A DNA stretch of 64,000 nucleotides, taken from NCBI GenBank assembly GCA_963514005.1, contig OY740792.1, positions 67,146,001 through 67,210,000 on the forward strand, written 5' to 3'. This DNA comes from Raja brachyura. Its lineage: Eukaryota. Shown in pieces: positions 50,851 to 64,000 of this stretch. Position 1 is the first letter of the stretch, and each line of letters opens with the position of its first letter. The position numbers and the translations under genes are program-made. The notes beneath the pieces were generated by a model that was not told the origin of the DNA, ran no database searches, and worked only from the letters and a program-made list of their open reading frames with translations.

Positions 50851-53800
50851 TATGATTTGGTGAACCATAGAGCTCACCTACTGGGAAAGCATTATGGGGT
50901 AAAAAGGCAACATAGAAAACTGGAACATTCTGCTGAAAAGCAGGCTTCCTTATCTATTGGGGGGGAATGGGGGAGGTAGCTGTTTGCGGGTCTGTCTAGG
51001 TTCTAACTGTTGCGACATTGAGATTACAGCTGCTCATTGTCACAGTATTTACCAGACAAGTCTCCCAAAGGTTTACAAAGAAACTATTTGAAGAGTTGAC
51101 TAAATTTAACAGATCTAATCAATTCTCCATACGGGGACATTGATATCTATGATGTCTATTTGTTAGATATAAGGGAGAAAGGTTTTCTAAAAAACAAGAA
51201 TTGCAAGGTTAAATTTATCTCTGGGGGAAGACAGAGATGGAACGTTGGCAGAGACATTGATTAATGATTTATTTCAACACCACAAGTAACCATTGTGTCA
51301 TGAAGATATGGAAATGTCATAGTTACTATGGTTTGTTGAAACAGTTTGGGTTTGCTTAGACTGTTTCCAGATATGCATCAATAAGGCCTTTAATAAACTG
51401 ACCCTATGAGCTGTTTTATTTTGTGTCTGTGCCTATCTGAGTAAAGGCAGATGTAGGGTATAGGTATGGCACAAAATAGCACATAATTCTCTCCAACAAC
51501 CTCATTTTATTATTTTACAATTCCATTTGCCTTTCACAGTTTACTATCGAGAGAAGCATTGGGGGAGCCTTTGTACCTGACACAAGAAAAGTTAACAAGT
51601 CGGGGTGATAACCTCACGAGTTGATTTTTCCAAACATTGCACGATGTTCCTCTGTTTTTGGTTCAGTAGAATTTCTCAACTATGATGAAGTAAGACAAGA
51701 GCAGAACAAATGCAATGTAATGGACGACAGAGAAGATGTTAATCATAATGATCCTCAGTTCTAGAATACAATGGAGAAAATGTCACTCTGCAAGTTTATT
51801 TTTGTCATTCTATATTATTACAATTTATAGTTAGTTCAGTTGTAACTTATCTTTTGTGCAGAAATAAGGAACTGCAGATACAGGTTTACGGAAAAGTACA
51901 AAAGTGCTAGAGTAACTCAGTGGGCCAGGCAGCATCTCTGGAGAACCTGGACAGGTGACTTTTTGAGTCAGAACCCTGCTTTAGTTGGTGGGGTGGAGAT
52001 GATGAGTAGATCACAAGACTGGAGGTCAGCAACATTTCATGTATCAAAACATTTTAAACCGGAATTGTCAGGTTATATTCGAGATACTTCCCTCACTGCA
52101 TTGAATTTGGACATTTTTCTTTCACAGGTTAGTAAGATTTATTTATATATTTCAATTCTGGACGGCACAGTGGTGTAGCTGATAGAGCTGTTGCCTCACA
52201 GCTCAAGAGACCCGAGTATGATCTTATCCTTGGTGCAGTTAGTGTTGAGTTTGCACGTTCTCCCGGTGAATGAATGGGTTTCTCCCTACATCCCAAAGAT
52301 GGGTTTGTAGGTAAATTGGCCTCTGTAAAAATTACCCCTAATGTGCAAGGAGCGGATGAGTATATGGGAATGTTAATATTGGCCAAAACACAGCTATTAT
52401 AAAATGAAGGATCATGTCATTTGCAGGGCCTGCTTGGCCTCTTTCTGTGGAAGTTTCAAGATGGAGTTATGGTTCCAAGGAGTCTGGACCCCAGATGGAA
52501 GTTGATGATAAGGAGAGGTCCAGATGTCCTTACTTTGTTAAAATGACTTCCGGCGGTGCCATGGTGCAGTAAGCAGGCACTCCTTTTAGCTCCGCTCCAC
52601 AAAATGCATTAAAACACCTGAAAAGCAAAAAGGACGGACTGAAAAACACTTACCGGTAGATGCCCGATGTCGTGTAAGTGACATCATCAGAAATCGCCGT
52701 ATACCGACTGGATATTCCTCACTTCAAAAAAACAAAACAATGCTATCTGAGAACTTGAAGTCACTACTGCAGACATCTCTGACACAATGCAAAGACTGAA
52801 GGAAGACCTAGACCGTGTTTCTGGGCAACTGGCCAGAATGACCGACAAATGCATAGATCTTGAAGCCCGGTCCAGACGCCAAAACTTCAGAGTTGTTGGA
52901 GTGAAGGAATGGAAGGAAAGTGAAAAAGACTGTTGGGTCTTCACTGCCAGCTTACTTCAACAGGTATTTAATCTGCCTGAGAGACCTCAAATTGATCAAG
53001 CACATCGAGTCCAGAGAGCCCGATCAGGGGTTGGAGCCCCACCAAGACAGATTATTCTTAAACTACACAACATAGCAGTTCTTGAAGATATCATGAAGAA
53101 AGTGACAACCGCAAGAACCCTGATGTTTGAAGGAGAAAACATAAAATTCTTCAGAGATTATCCAGCAGAGGTGGTCAAGAAGTGAGCTCTCTTCACTAAA
53201 ACACGTCTTATTCTCAGAGGCATTCCAGACCTGAGATATAGAATAATGTATCCTGCCAAATTAAGGGTCACATTCAAAGGATCGGAACGTTTCTTTATCG
53301 ACCCAGAAGATGCGTTTAAATATGCGCAAGGGTTAAAAAAGGACCTAAAAGAATAAGTAGAATGACATGGCTCTGTTTGATTATCAGGGCTATGCCCCAC
53401 TAAACCTCACTGAACCCGTTTGCTAAACCGTGTGTTTAACATACACCTTTTATATGTATTTATAAGGGATAGACTGATATAATATGTTTTTTCATGTAAC
53501 ATATATATATAAAAAGCAACAAATAATATGGCCGACAGGTTCACAGGGGTTCATGTCTAGACACACTTATCAGAGATAGATTGGAATGTAAGCGGGTAGA
53601 TTGCTCAAGGTCCTCGTTTTATGAGGAGAATGTTTAAGATCTTTGAATTACGCAGCACTGAAAACAATTTAAACCTATGGTAACGATGTAACATACTAAC
53701 AAATTATATAACTAAATCTATCATGAATACATAAAATACTAACAAATGTACTAAACCGTTTATTTTAACCTAACACCTAATACTAATCCGTTTCAAAAAA

Positions 53801-54512
53801 AATCTATCTAACAGTTACTGGATTTACGAACTCTAGGCGGCAACGGTCAATGTATTGGTTTATATTTAAAATATGTTTAATAGCTATCCGATGGGGGGGG
53901 TTGGAATTTCCAGCAGTTGCCAGGTCAGAGCAAGAGGGAATATGTGACGGAGGTTTGAGAGGGGAGGAGAGAGAGAGCACTCGTTTGGACGGTAGGACTG
54001 CTGGTGATTCCAATTAACCCCTTCAAGCCTGACGGTTTCCAACCGGTTGTGTATTTAACAGACGAATATCAATAAGCAAGATTTTAGTTAATTTAAATAG
54101 GGTATTTAAAGAGTAAATACCCACTTAGACCAAGCTATGATGAAATGTAATCCTCTTAGAGGAAATTATTTACAGCCCTTGTTCTGTTTTCTTTCTGTTC
54201 ACATAATATTCTGTTTAGTCCAGTTTTTCTTTTTTGCAATATTACTTTGTAAGGGGCGGAGCTAATTGTAATTAACACCTATGGAAGCTCACTCGAAATT
54301 TCCCACCAGGGGTGGACACACAGTATCCTTAAATTCAGTTTTTTCATATTATTTATGTTATTTAGCATTATTTTCACTTTTTCTCCATATGGCACTTTTT
54401 CTTGTGATATACCAACAGGGTTTTGAAATTGGAATCACCCACCCAACATCCAGAAGGTTGATTTATTGGGTTGCCTCATCTGAAACCAGGGAATAGGGAA
54501 ACCAGGGAAACC

Positions 54513-57500
54513 TAGGCAGGTAGTGCAGGAGTCCCCTGCGGTCATCTCCTTACTAAACAGGTTTACCATTTTGGATACTGTTGAGGGAGATGGCTCATCA
54601 GGGGAATGCAGCAGCAGCCAAGTTCATGGCACCATGGGTGGCTCTGCAGCACATGATGGGGGAAAAAAGTGGGGAAGGGCAATTGTAATAGGGGATTCAA
54701 TTGTCAGGGGAATAGATAGGCGTTTCTGCGGCCGCAAACAAGACTCCAGGATGGTATGTTGCCTCCCGGGTGCAAAGGTCAGGGATGTCACTGAACGGCT
54801 GCAGAACATTCTGGAGGGGGAGGGTGAACAGCCAGTTGGCGTGGTGCATATTGGCACCAACGATATAGGTTAAAAAAAGGGATGAGGTCCTACAAGGTGA
54901 ATTTAGGGAGCTAGGAGATAAACTTAAAAGTAGGACCTCAAAGGTAATAATCTCTGGATTATTACCAGTACCACGGGCCAGTCAGAGTAGAAATAGGAGG
55001 ATATTGCAGATGAATACGTGGCTTGAAAAATGGTGCAAGGGGGAGGGATTCAAATTTTTAGGGCACTGGAACCATTTCTGGGGGAGGTGGGACCAGTACA
55101 AACAGGACGGTCTGCACCTGGGCTGGAATGGAACCAATGTCCTTGGGGGAGTGTTTGCTAGTGCTGTCGGGGAGGATTTAAACTAATGTGGCAGGGGGAT
55201 GGATACAAGAGCAGAGAGGCAGGTGGGTGTAAAACGAGGGTGGAAGCAATAGGGAGCAAGGTGAAAAGTAAAAGTGTCAGTCAGACAAAACCAGGGCAAA
55301 AATCAAAAAGGGCCACTTCTCAACAAAATTGTATAAGGGGTAAGAGCGTTGTAAAAACAAGCCTGAAGGCTTTGTGTCTCAATGCAAGGAGTATTCGTAA
55401 TAAGGTGTATGAGTTCAACGTGCAGATAGCTATTAATGAGTATGATATAGTTGGGATCACGGAGACATGGCTCCAGGGTGACCAAGGCTGGGAGCTGAAC
55501 ATCCAGGGATATTCAATATTCAGGAGGGATAGAGAGAAAGGAAAAGGAGGTGGGGTAGCGTTGCTGGTTAGAGAGGAGATTAACGCAATGGAAAGGAAGG
55601 ACATTAACTTGGAGCATGTGGAATCGGTATGGGTAGAGCTGCGAAACACTAAGGGGCAGAAAACGCTAGTGGGAGTTGTGTACAGGCCACCTAACAGTAG
55701 TAGTGAAGGTGGGGATGGTATCAAACAGGAAATTAGAAATGCGTGCGACAAAGGCAAAACAGTTATAATGGGTGACTTCAATCTACATATAGATTGGGTG
55801 AATCAAATTGGCAGGGGCGCTGAGGAAGAGGATTTTTTGGAAAGTATGCGGGATAGTTATCTAAATCAACATGTAGAGGAACCAACGAGAGAGCAGGCTA
55901 TTTTAGACTGGGTATTGAGTAATGAGGAAGGGTTAGTTAGCAGTCTTATTGTGCGTGCCCCCTTGGGCAAGAGTGACCATAATATGGTCGAGTTCTTCAT
56001 TAGGATGGAGAGTGACATTGTTAATTCAGAAACAATGGTTCTGAACTTAAGGAAAGGTAACTTTGAGGGTATGAGACGTGAATTGGCCAAGATTGACTGG
56101 CAATCAATTCTAAAAGGGTTGACGGTGGATACACAATGGAAGACATTTAAAGACTGCATGGATGAACTACAAAAATTGTTCATCCCAGTTTGGCAAAAGA
56201 ATAGAACAGGGAAGATAGTGCATCCGTGGATAACAAGGGAAATCAGGGATAGTATCAAAGCAAAGGATGATGCGTACAAAGTAGCCGGAAAAAGCAGCAT
56301 ACCAGAGGACTGGGAGAAATTCAGAGACCAGCAGAGGAGGACAAAGGGCTTGATTAGGAAAGAAAAAATAGATTATGAAAGAAAACTGGCAGGGAACATA
56401 AAAACTGACTGCAAAAGTTTTTATAGATATGTGAAGAGAAAGAGATTAGTTAAAACAAATGTAGGTCTCTTGCAGTCAGAAACAGGTGAGTTGATCATGG
56501 GGAACAAGGATATGGCGGACCAATTGAATAACTACTTTGGTTCCGTCTTCACTAAGGAAGACAAATAATCTGCCGGAAATAGAAGGGGACCGCGGGTCAA
56601 AGGAGGACTTGAGTGAAATCCAGGTTAGTCGGGAAGTGGTGTTGGGTAAATTGAATGGATTAAAGGCCGATAAATCCCCAGGGCCAGATAGGCTGCATCC
56701 CAGAGTACTTAAGTAAATAGCTCCGGAAATAGTGGATGCATTAGTGATAATCTTTCAAAACTCTTTAGATTCTGGAGTAGTTCCTGAGGATTGGCGGGTA
56801 GCAAACGTAACCCCTCTTTTTAAGAAGGGGGGGGGGAGAGAAAACGGGGAATTACAGACCAGTTAGTCTAACATCGGTAGTGGGGAAACTGCTAGAGTCA
56901 GTTATTAAAGATGGGATAGCAGCACATTTGGAAAGTGGTGAAATCATTGGACAAAGTCAGCATGGATTTACGAAAGGTAAATCATGTCTGACGAATCTTG
57001 TGGAATTTTTCGAGGATGTAACTAGTAGCATGGATAGGGGAGAACCAGTGGATGTGGTGTATCTGGACTTCCAGAAGGCTTTCGACAAGGTCCCATATAA
57101 GAGATTAGTATATAAACTTAAAGCATACGGCATTGGGGGTTCAGTATTGATGTGGATAGAGAACTGGCTGGCAAACAGGAAGCAAAGAGTAGGAGTAAAC
57201 GGGTTGTTTTCACAATGGCAGGCAGTGACTAGTGGGGTACCGCAAGGCTCAGCGCTGGGACCCCAGCTATTTACAACATACATTAATGATCTGGATGAGG
57301 GAATTGAGGGCAATATCTCCAAGATGACACTAAGCTGGGGGGCAGTGTTAGCTGTGAGGAGGATGCTAGGAGACTGCAAGATGATTTGAATAGGCTGGGT
57401 GAGTGGGCAAATGTTTGGCAGATGCAGTATAATGTGGATAAATGTGAGGTTATCCACTTTGGTGGCAAAAATAGGAAAACAGACTTATCTAAATGGAGGC

Positions 57501-58242
57501 CGATTAGGAAAAGGGGAGATGCAGCGCGACCTGGGTGTCATGGTACACCATCATTGAAAGTAGGCATGCAGGTGCAGCAGGCAGTGAAGAAAGCAAATGG
57601 TATGTTAGCTTTCATAGCAAAAGGATTTGAGTATAGGAGCAGGGAGGTTCTACTTCAGTTGTATAGGGTCTTGGTGAGACCACACCTGGAGTATTGCGTA
57701 CAGTTCTGGTCTCCAAATCTGAGGAAGGACATTATTGCCATAGAGGGAGTGCAGAGAAGGTTCACCAGACTGATTCCTGGGATGTCAGGACTGTCTTATG
57801 AACAAAGACTGCATAGACTCGGTTTATACTCTCTAGAATTTAGGAGATTGAGAGGCGATCTTATAGAAACTTACAAAATTCTTAAGGGGTTGGACAGGCT
57901 AGATGCAGGAAGATTGTTCCCGATGTTGGGGAGGTTCAGGACAAGGTGTCACAGCTTAAGGATAAGGGGGAGATCCTTTAGGACCGAGATGAGAAGGACT
58001 TTTTTCACACAGAGTGGTGGATCTCTGGAACTCTCTGCCACATAGGGTAGTTGAGGCCAGTTCATTGGCTATATTTAAGAGGGAGTTAGATGTGGCCCTT
58101 GTGGCTAAGGGGATCAGAGGGTATGGAGAGAAGGCAGATACGGGATACTGAGTTGGATGATCAGCCATGATCATATTGAATGGCGGTTCAGGCTCGAAGG
58201 GCCGAATGGCCTACTCCTGCACCTAATTTCTATGTTTCTATG
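54513..58242 (+). mobile_element. Near-full-length CR1 (HER1-type) LINE: SGNH-esterase ORF1 plus EN-RT ORF2
   Basis: GDSIVR, HIGTND, DGLHL; NARSI, ITETW, VYRPP, GDFN, SDH; RT motifs; tail (TTTCTATG)n. Confidence 0.95.
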
Positions 58243-59556
58243 AATCCATGTAAGACGACCCACTGAAGAAAACTGGAGGAATTACTTTCTGTAGCTGGAA
58301 TATTAGGGGCATTAATGAGCCAATTAAAAGGGATAAGGTTCTTGCCCAATTAATTGCCCAGTTAAAATCAACTAATGCTGATATAATATTTTTACAGGAG
58401 ACGCACCTAAAAGATCCAGTTCATACCAGGCTGAAGGCCAACTGGATGGGCCAAATATATACTCTTTTCTCTCCAATACCAGAGGTACTGCAATTATAAC
58501 CCGTAAGGGTATACCATTTAAACATAAAACTACCATAGCAGATAAAGATGGTAGGTACATCATAGTATCTGGGGAAATATATTCGACCCAACTTACTATG
58601 ATAAATATCTATGCTCCCAACTTTGATAACCCACAATTCTTTAACAACATTTTTAATATAATTTCAGACTCCTCCGAGCAAATTTAATATAATTTCAGAC
58701 TCCTCCGAGCAAAACCTGATAATTGGGGAAGATTTCAACTGTGCTCTGGATCATTACTTGGATAAATCCTCACAACAAAAGAGATAGAACACAAAAACAA
58801 AATCCAGCAAACTTCTGAATACGTATATAAAAAATACAAATATAATAGACATATGGAGGATTGCGAACCCATCCGGAAGAGACTACTCCTTTTATTCATC
58901 CGTACATAAAATTTATACACGTATTTACTACTTTCTGGTGGACACAAAATTAATACCTTTTACAACTAATCCCAAATACCATAATAGCACTATTTCCGAT
59001 CATTCCCTGTTAACCTTCTCCCTAAAACTAGAAGGAATGTTTGTTTTGGAGATTTAATCCTCAAATACTGAACAACTCAGGATCATATAGAGCAATTGCC
59101 CTGTTAAATACAGATCAAAAAATATTAGCTAAAACTCTGGCAAGGAGATTAAGTAAATAAGTTAATAAATTAATACACTCTGATCAAACTGGGTTTATAC
59201 TCAAGAGACACTCGTTTAATGATTTGAACAAAATGTTCAACATAATGTACTCGCATAAAACGATAAAAGAAGACATCAATTATTTCATTAGACGCAGAAA
59301 AAGCATTTGATCAAGTAGCATGGAAATATCTTTTTACAGTATTGCAAAAATTTCAGTTGGGAGAAAACATATATGATAATCCGACTGCCAGAATGCTGAC
59401 TAATCATATACTCTCACCTACATTTCAGTTATCCAGGGGCAATAGACAGGGATGTGCATTATCACCCCTGTTATTCACCCTTGCGATTGAACCTTTGGTG
59501 GAAAGTCTAAGAGTACATCCGAATATTCATGGCTATAACACAAAATACTCCAACAA

Positions 59557-60046
59557 TACAAGGTTCACGAGATTGATCCCTGGGATGGCGGGACTGTCAT
59601 ATGAGGAAAGATTGAAAAGACTCGGCTTGTATTCACTGGAGTTTAGAAGGATGAGGGGGCATCTTATAGAAACATATAAAATTATAAATGGACTGGACAC
59701 GCTAGATGCAGGAAAAATGTTCCCAATGTTGGGTGAGTCCAGAACCAGGGGCCACAGTCTTAGAATAAAGGGGAGGTCATTTAAGACTGAGGTGAGAAAA
59801 ACCTTTTCACCCAGAGAGTTGTGAATTTATGGAATTTCCTGCTACAGAGGGCAGTGGAGGCCAAGTCACTGGATGGATTTAAGAGAGAGTTAGATAGATC
59901 TCTAGGGGTTAGTGGAGTCAAGGGATATGGGGAGAAGGCAGGCACGGGTTATTGATTGGGGATGATCAGCCATGATCACAGTGAATGGCGGTGCTGGCTC
60001 GAAGGGCCAAATGGCCTCCTCCTGCACCTATTTTCTATGTTTCTAT
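59557..60046 (+). mobile_element. CR1/HER1 3' fragment inserted in the L1 RT
   Basis: L1 text ..SNN|KISLYADD resumes after the TTTCTAT tail. Confidence 0.9.
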
Positions 60047-60727
60047 AAAATATCATTATATGCAGATGATGTATTACTCTATATCACCAATTCTCAAGTT
60101 AGCATTCCAAGTATATTAAATCTTATAGAGTAATTCGGTTCCTTTTCAGGATATTGAATGAACTGGAACAAAAGTGAAATTATGTCAATAAAACCTCAAG
60201 AGCCGACACACCTTCTAAAATTCCCTTTCAGAATCGCTACGGAAAATTCAAATATCTCGGTGTTCATGTAACTAAAAAATACACTTCTCTAATGCAAACC
60301 TTCCTCCTTTAGTTACTAAATTAAACACTCTTACTAAATTTTAGAAAACTCTTCCGATGTCTCTCATCGGCAGAATAAATGCCATAAAGATAATCTTCCT
60401 CCCACAAATCCTGTACTTATTCCAATCAATATACCTTCCTAAAAAAATTTTTTTTTTTTTAAATCGGTTCTCTGATTACAAACTTTATTTGGGACTATAA
60501 AACACATAGAATTCATAAACAGCATCTATGTAAACCCAAAGAAATTTTTGGACTGGCTCTTCCCAATTTTCTATACTACTATTGGGCAACGAATATTAAA
60601 AACGCAATCTATTGGTTGGAAAACACATGCCAACAGGTAAAATGGTTAAAAAAGGAGAGAGAGGATTGTTCACCTTTTAATATAGGTGCGATTCTTCACT
60701 CTCCAATAAATTTGAGAAAAACACTTT

Positions 60728-62472
60728 ATGACACGCGACAGTGAGAGTAGGAATGGAGCAAGGTGGAGGATAAATGCCTGGCTGAAGGACTGGTGCAGAG
60801 GGCAGGGATTCAAGTTTCTGGATCATTGGGACCTCTTTTGGGGAAGGAGTGACCTGTATAAAAAGGACGGGTTGCACTTGAACCCGAGGGGGACCAGTAT
60901 CCTGGCGGGGAAATTTGCAAAGGCTAGTGGGGGACTTTAAACTAGAACAGTTGGGGGGAGGGACTCAAAAAGAGATAGCTAGTAGACAGGGTCTGAGGAA
61001 GGAGGCAGAGAAGAGAAGCACTCAGACCCAACATTAAAGGGGGGAAGAAGAAAAAAAATAATAAACAGAGAATAAGAGGTGGTCGTTTCTTAAATGTGTT
61101 AGCAGAGAGAAAGAGGGGTATAAAATGAGGGTAGAAGCAATTGGTAGCAAGGTGAAAATTAATAGTGGCAGGCAGACAAATCCAGGGCAAAAATCAAAAG
61201 GGGCCACTTGTCAACATAATTGTATAAGGAGTAAGAGTGTTGTAAAAACAAGCCTTTGTGTCTCAATACGAGGAGCATTCGTAATAAGGTGGACGAGTTG
61301 AATGTGCAGATAAGTATTAATGACTATGCTATAGTTGGGATCACGGAGACATGGCTCCAGGGTGACCAAGGCTGGGAGCTGAACATCCAGGGATATTCAA
61401 TATTCAGGAGGGATAGAAAGAAAGGAAAAGGAGGTGGGGTAGCATTGCTGGTGAGAGAGGAGATTAATGCAATAGAAAGGAAGGACATTAGCTTCGAGGA
61501 TGTGGAATCGATATGGGTAGAGCTGCGAAACTCAGGGGCAGAAAACGCTAGTGGGAGTTGTGTACAGGCCACCTAACAGTAGTAGTGGAGTTGGGGATGG
61601 CATCAAACAGGAAATTAGAAATGCGTGCAACAAGGGTAAAACAGTTATAATGGGTGACTTCAATCTACATATAGATTGGGTGAATCAAATTGGCAGGGGT
61701 GCTGAGGAAGAGGATTTCTTGGAATGTATGCGGGATAGTTTTCTAAACCAACATGTAGAGGAACCAACAAGAGAGCAGGCTATTCTCGACTGGGTATTGA
61801 GTAATGAGGAAGGGTTAGTTAGCAGTCTTGTGCATGGCCCCCTGGGCAAGATTGGCCATGATATGGTTGAGTTCTTCATTAGGATGGAGAGTGACATATT
61901 TAAGTCAGAAACGAGGGTTCTGAACTTAAACAAAGGTAACTTTGAAGGTATGAGACGTGAATTGGCCAAGATAAACTGGCAAGTGATTCTTGAAGGGTTG
62001 ACAGTGGATGTGCAATGGAAGGTATTTAAAGACTGCATGGATGAAATACAACAATTGTTCATCCCAGTTTGGCAAAAGAATAAATCAGGAAAGGTAGTGC
62101 ATCCATGGATAACAAGGAAAATCAGGGATAGTATAAAAAAAGATGAAGCATACAAATTAGCCAGAAAAAGCAGCCTACCCGAGGACTGGGAGAAATTCAG
62201 AGTCCAGCAGAGGAGGACAAAGGGCTTAATTAGGAAAGCGAAAATAGATTATGAATGAAAACTGGCAGGGTACATAAAAACTGACTGCAAAAGTTTTTAT
62301 AGATATGTGAAGAGAAAAAGATTAGTTAAAACAAATGTAGGCCCCTTGCAGTCAGAAACAGGTGAATTGATCATGGGGAACAAGGACATGGCAGACGAAT
62401 TGAATAACTACTTTGGTGCTGTCTTCACTAAGGCATGCAGATGCAGCAGGCAGTGAAGAAAGCAAATGGTAT
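60728..62472 (+). mobile_element. CR1 ORF1 end plus endonuclease, internally deleted
   Basis: Collinear with 54970-56555, then jumps to a short RT piece. Confidence 0.9.
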
Positions 62473-62940
62473 GCCTCTTGTATAAAGTTACATAATTTCT
62501 GGAGAGGAATTTTTGAATTTTTTTCTAAAACACTAAAAATAAAATTGGATCCCGACACGGAACTGATCACTCTAGGTACTTCAGAAGCCTGTTTTGAGCT
62601 ATCACTATTTCATAAAAGTTTCCTTAATTGTGGCCTGATAGCGGCGAAAAAACCAATACTTAAATTTTGGAAACATACATCAGTCCCTACTCTTAAGATG
62701 AGGATTGCAAACATGCCCGAGACACTACATCTTGAAAATATTAGACTTGTCTTGGCAGAAAAACGAGATCATTTTTCCAAGACATGGACACCCTTCATCG
62801 ATTTCTATCAAGGATAGAAACATAGAAACATAGAAAAATAGGTGCAGGAGTAGGCCATTCGGCCCTTCGAGCCTGCACCGCCATTCAATGTGATCATGGC
62901 TGATCTTCCAACACAGTATCCCGTACCTGCCTTCTCTCCG

Positions 62941-63965
62941 TGGAAGATGTGGAATCCGGAAGTGGCGGCGCTGCTTGTCAGCTGCGGCTCGCCTGCAGTC
63001 CGTCTGTCTTTTATTTTATTTTTGTCCTCGTCCCTGTTTTTGGTGTTTATTTTTGGTTTGTTGGGTTGTGTATGTGTGTGGGGGGGGGGGGGGGAGGGTG
63101 GGAGAAACGGGGGTTTAGTCTCTCCCTTCGGGGGGATGCGACTTTACCTGTCGTGTCCCCCGACACCGTCTCCTTCTGTGCTGTGGCCCTGGTGACGGCC
63201 TTCCAGCTTCAGCGGCGACCTGCTTCCGGCGGCGACCTGGGCTTCTGGAGCTGCGGTGCTCCGGCGGCGGCCTGGTTCCCTCTGAGCTGCGGTGCTCCAG
63301 CGGCGGCCTGGGATTCGAGAGCTGCGGTGCTCCAGCGGCGGCCTGGTTCCCTCTGAGCTGCGGTGCTCCAGCGGCGGCCTGGTTCCCTCTGAGCTGCGGT
63401 GCTCCAGCGGCGACCTGGGTCTCGGGAGCTGCGGTGCTCCAGCGACGTTCCGGCGGCGGGCCCTGTGGCGGTGTTCCAGCGGCGGGCCCTGTGGCGGTGT
63501 TCCAGCGGCGGGCCCTGTGGCGGTGTTCCAGCGGCGGGCCCTGTGGCGGTGTTCCAGCGGCGGGCCCTGGGGCGGTGTTCCAGCGGCGGGCCCTGTGGCA
63601 GTGTTCCAGCGGCGGGCCCTGTGGCGGTGTTCCAGCGGCGGGCCCTGTGGCGGTGTTCCAGCGGCGGGCCCTGTGGCGGTGTTCCAGCAGCGGGCCTGTG
63701 GCGGTGTTCCGGCGTCAGCGGTGGCAGAGGCCTGGATCCCCTCAGCGCAGAGGGAGAATAAGGAGGGGAGAAAGACAGTGACCCTAAGACTTTTGCCTTC
63801 CACCACAGTGAGGAGGTTTGGTGATCTCACTGTGGTGGATGTTAATTTTGTGTTTATTGTACGGTATTGTTATTTTTATATATGTATGACTGCAGGCACG
63901 TAATTTCGTTCAGACCGAAAGGTCTGAATGACAATAAAGGAATTCAATTCAATTCAATTCAATTC
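62941..63965 (+). mobile_element. GC-rich non-autonomous retroelement with 36-bp and 26-bp tandem arrays, inserted in a HER1 tail
   Basis: 3' hairpin TTCAGACCGAAAGGTCTGAA, TGACAATAAA and (CAATT)n. The host tail CTTCTCTCC|CATACCCC resumes after it. Confidence 0.75.
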
Positions 63966-64000
63966 CATACCCCCTGATCCCTTTAGCCACAAGTGCCACA

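Larger units (their letters stand above)
52545..62817 (+). mobile_element. L1-clade LINE (ORF1 52787-~53360; ORF2 pieces 58280-59556, 60047-60727, 62473-62817) with nested CR1s
   Basis: ORF1 DLEARSRRQN.RVVG, AHR, YPAKL. ORF2 SWNIRG, FLQETH, NIYAPN, GNRQGC.LSPLLF, SLYADD, W.PF. Confidence 0.9.

Noticed and set aside
50878-50935. Leader-like exon on the minus strand (acceptor, ATG, donor GTGAGC)
   Set aside because: The ATG frame ends in TAG at the donor and no downstream coding exon was found.
51540-51690. Plus-strand exon-like segment with good acceptor and donor
   Set aside because: Stops in all three frames. It could only be non-coding and is unsupported.
63144-63903. Long repetitive ORFs on both strands
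   Set aside because: Translations of the 26-bp and 36-bp tandem repeats.

Overview
Eukaryotic, repeat-saturated genomic DNA, most likely from a cartilaginous fish (inferred from HE1-type tRNA SINEs and HER1/CR1 LINE tails). One host gene can be reconstructed on the minus strand: a B7/butyrophilin-like Ig gene with a leader exon (19497-19542), an IgV exon (8176-8514) and an IgC exon (6856-7119), all joining in phase 1. It has a CpG-rich candidate promoter (~23.3-23.6 kb) and an IRF/ISRE cluster (~24.05-24.13 kb). Its IgV lacks the canonical F-strand cysteine, and no transmembrane exon is visible. Most of the rest is nested mobile DNA. A large divergent hAT-like transposase pseudogene is split by a young (~99% LTR identity) but coding-dead class I ERV, a solo LTR and a 61-bp duplication. 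There is also a self-priming chromodomain Gypsy element with non-matching flanks, an L1 carrying three CR1 insertions, Penelope fragments with minimal hammerhead-ribozyme cores, Rex1 fragments, MITEs and minisatellites. No prokaryote-style novel system is evident. All calls were made by eye, and element boundaries without TSD/TIR support are approximate.
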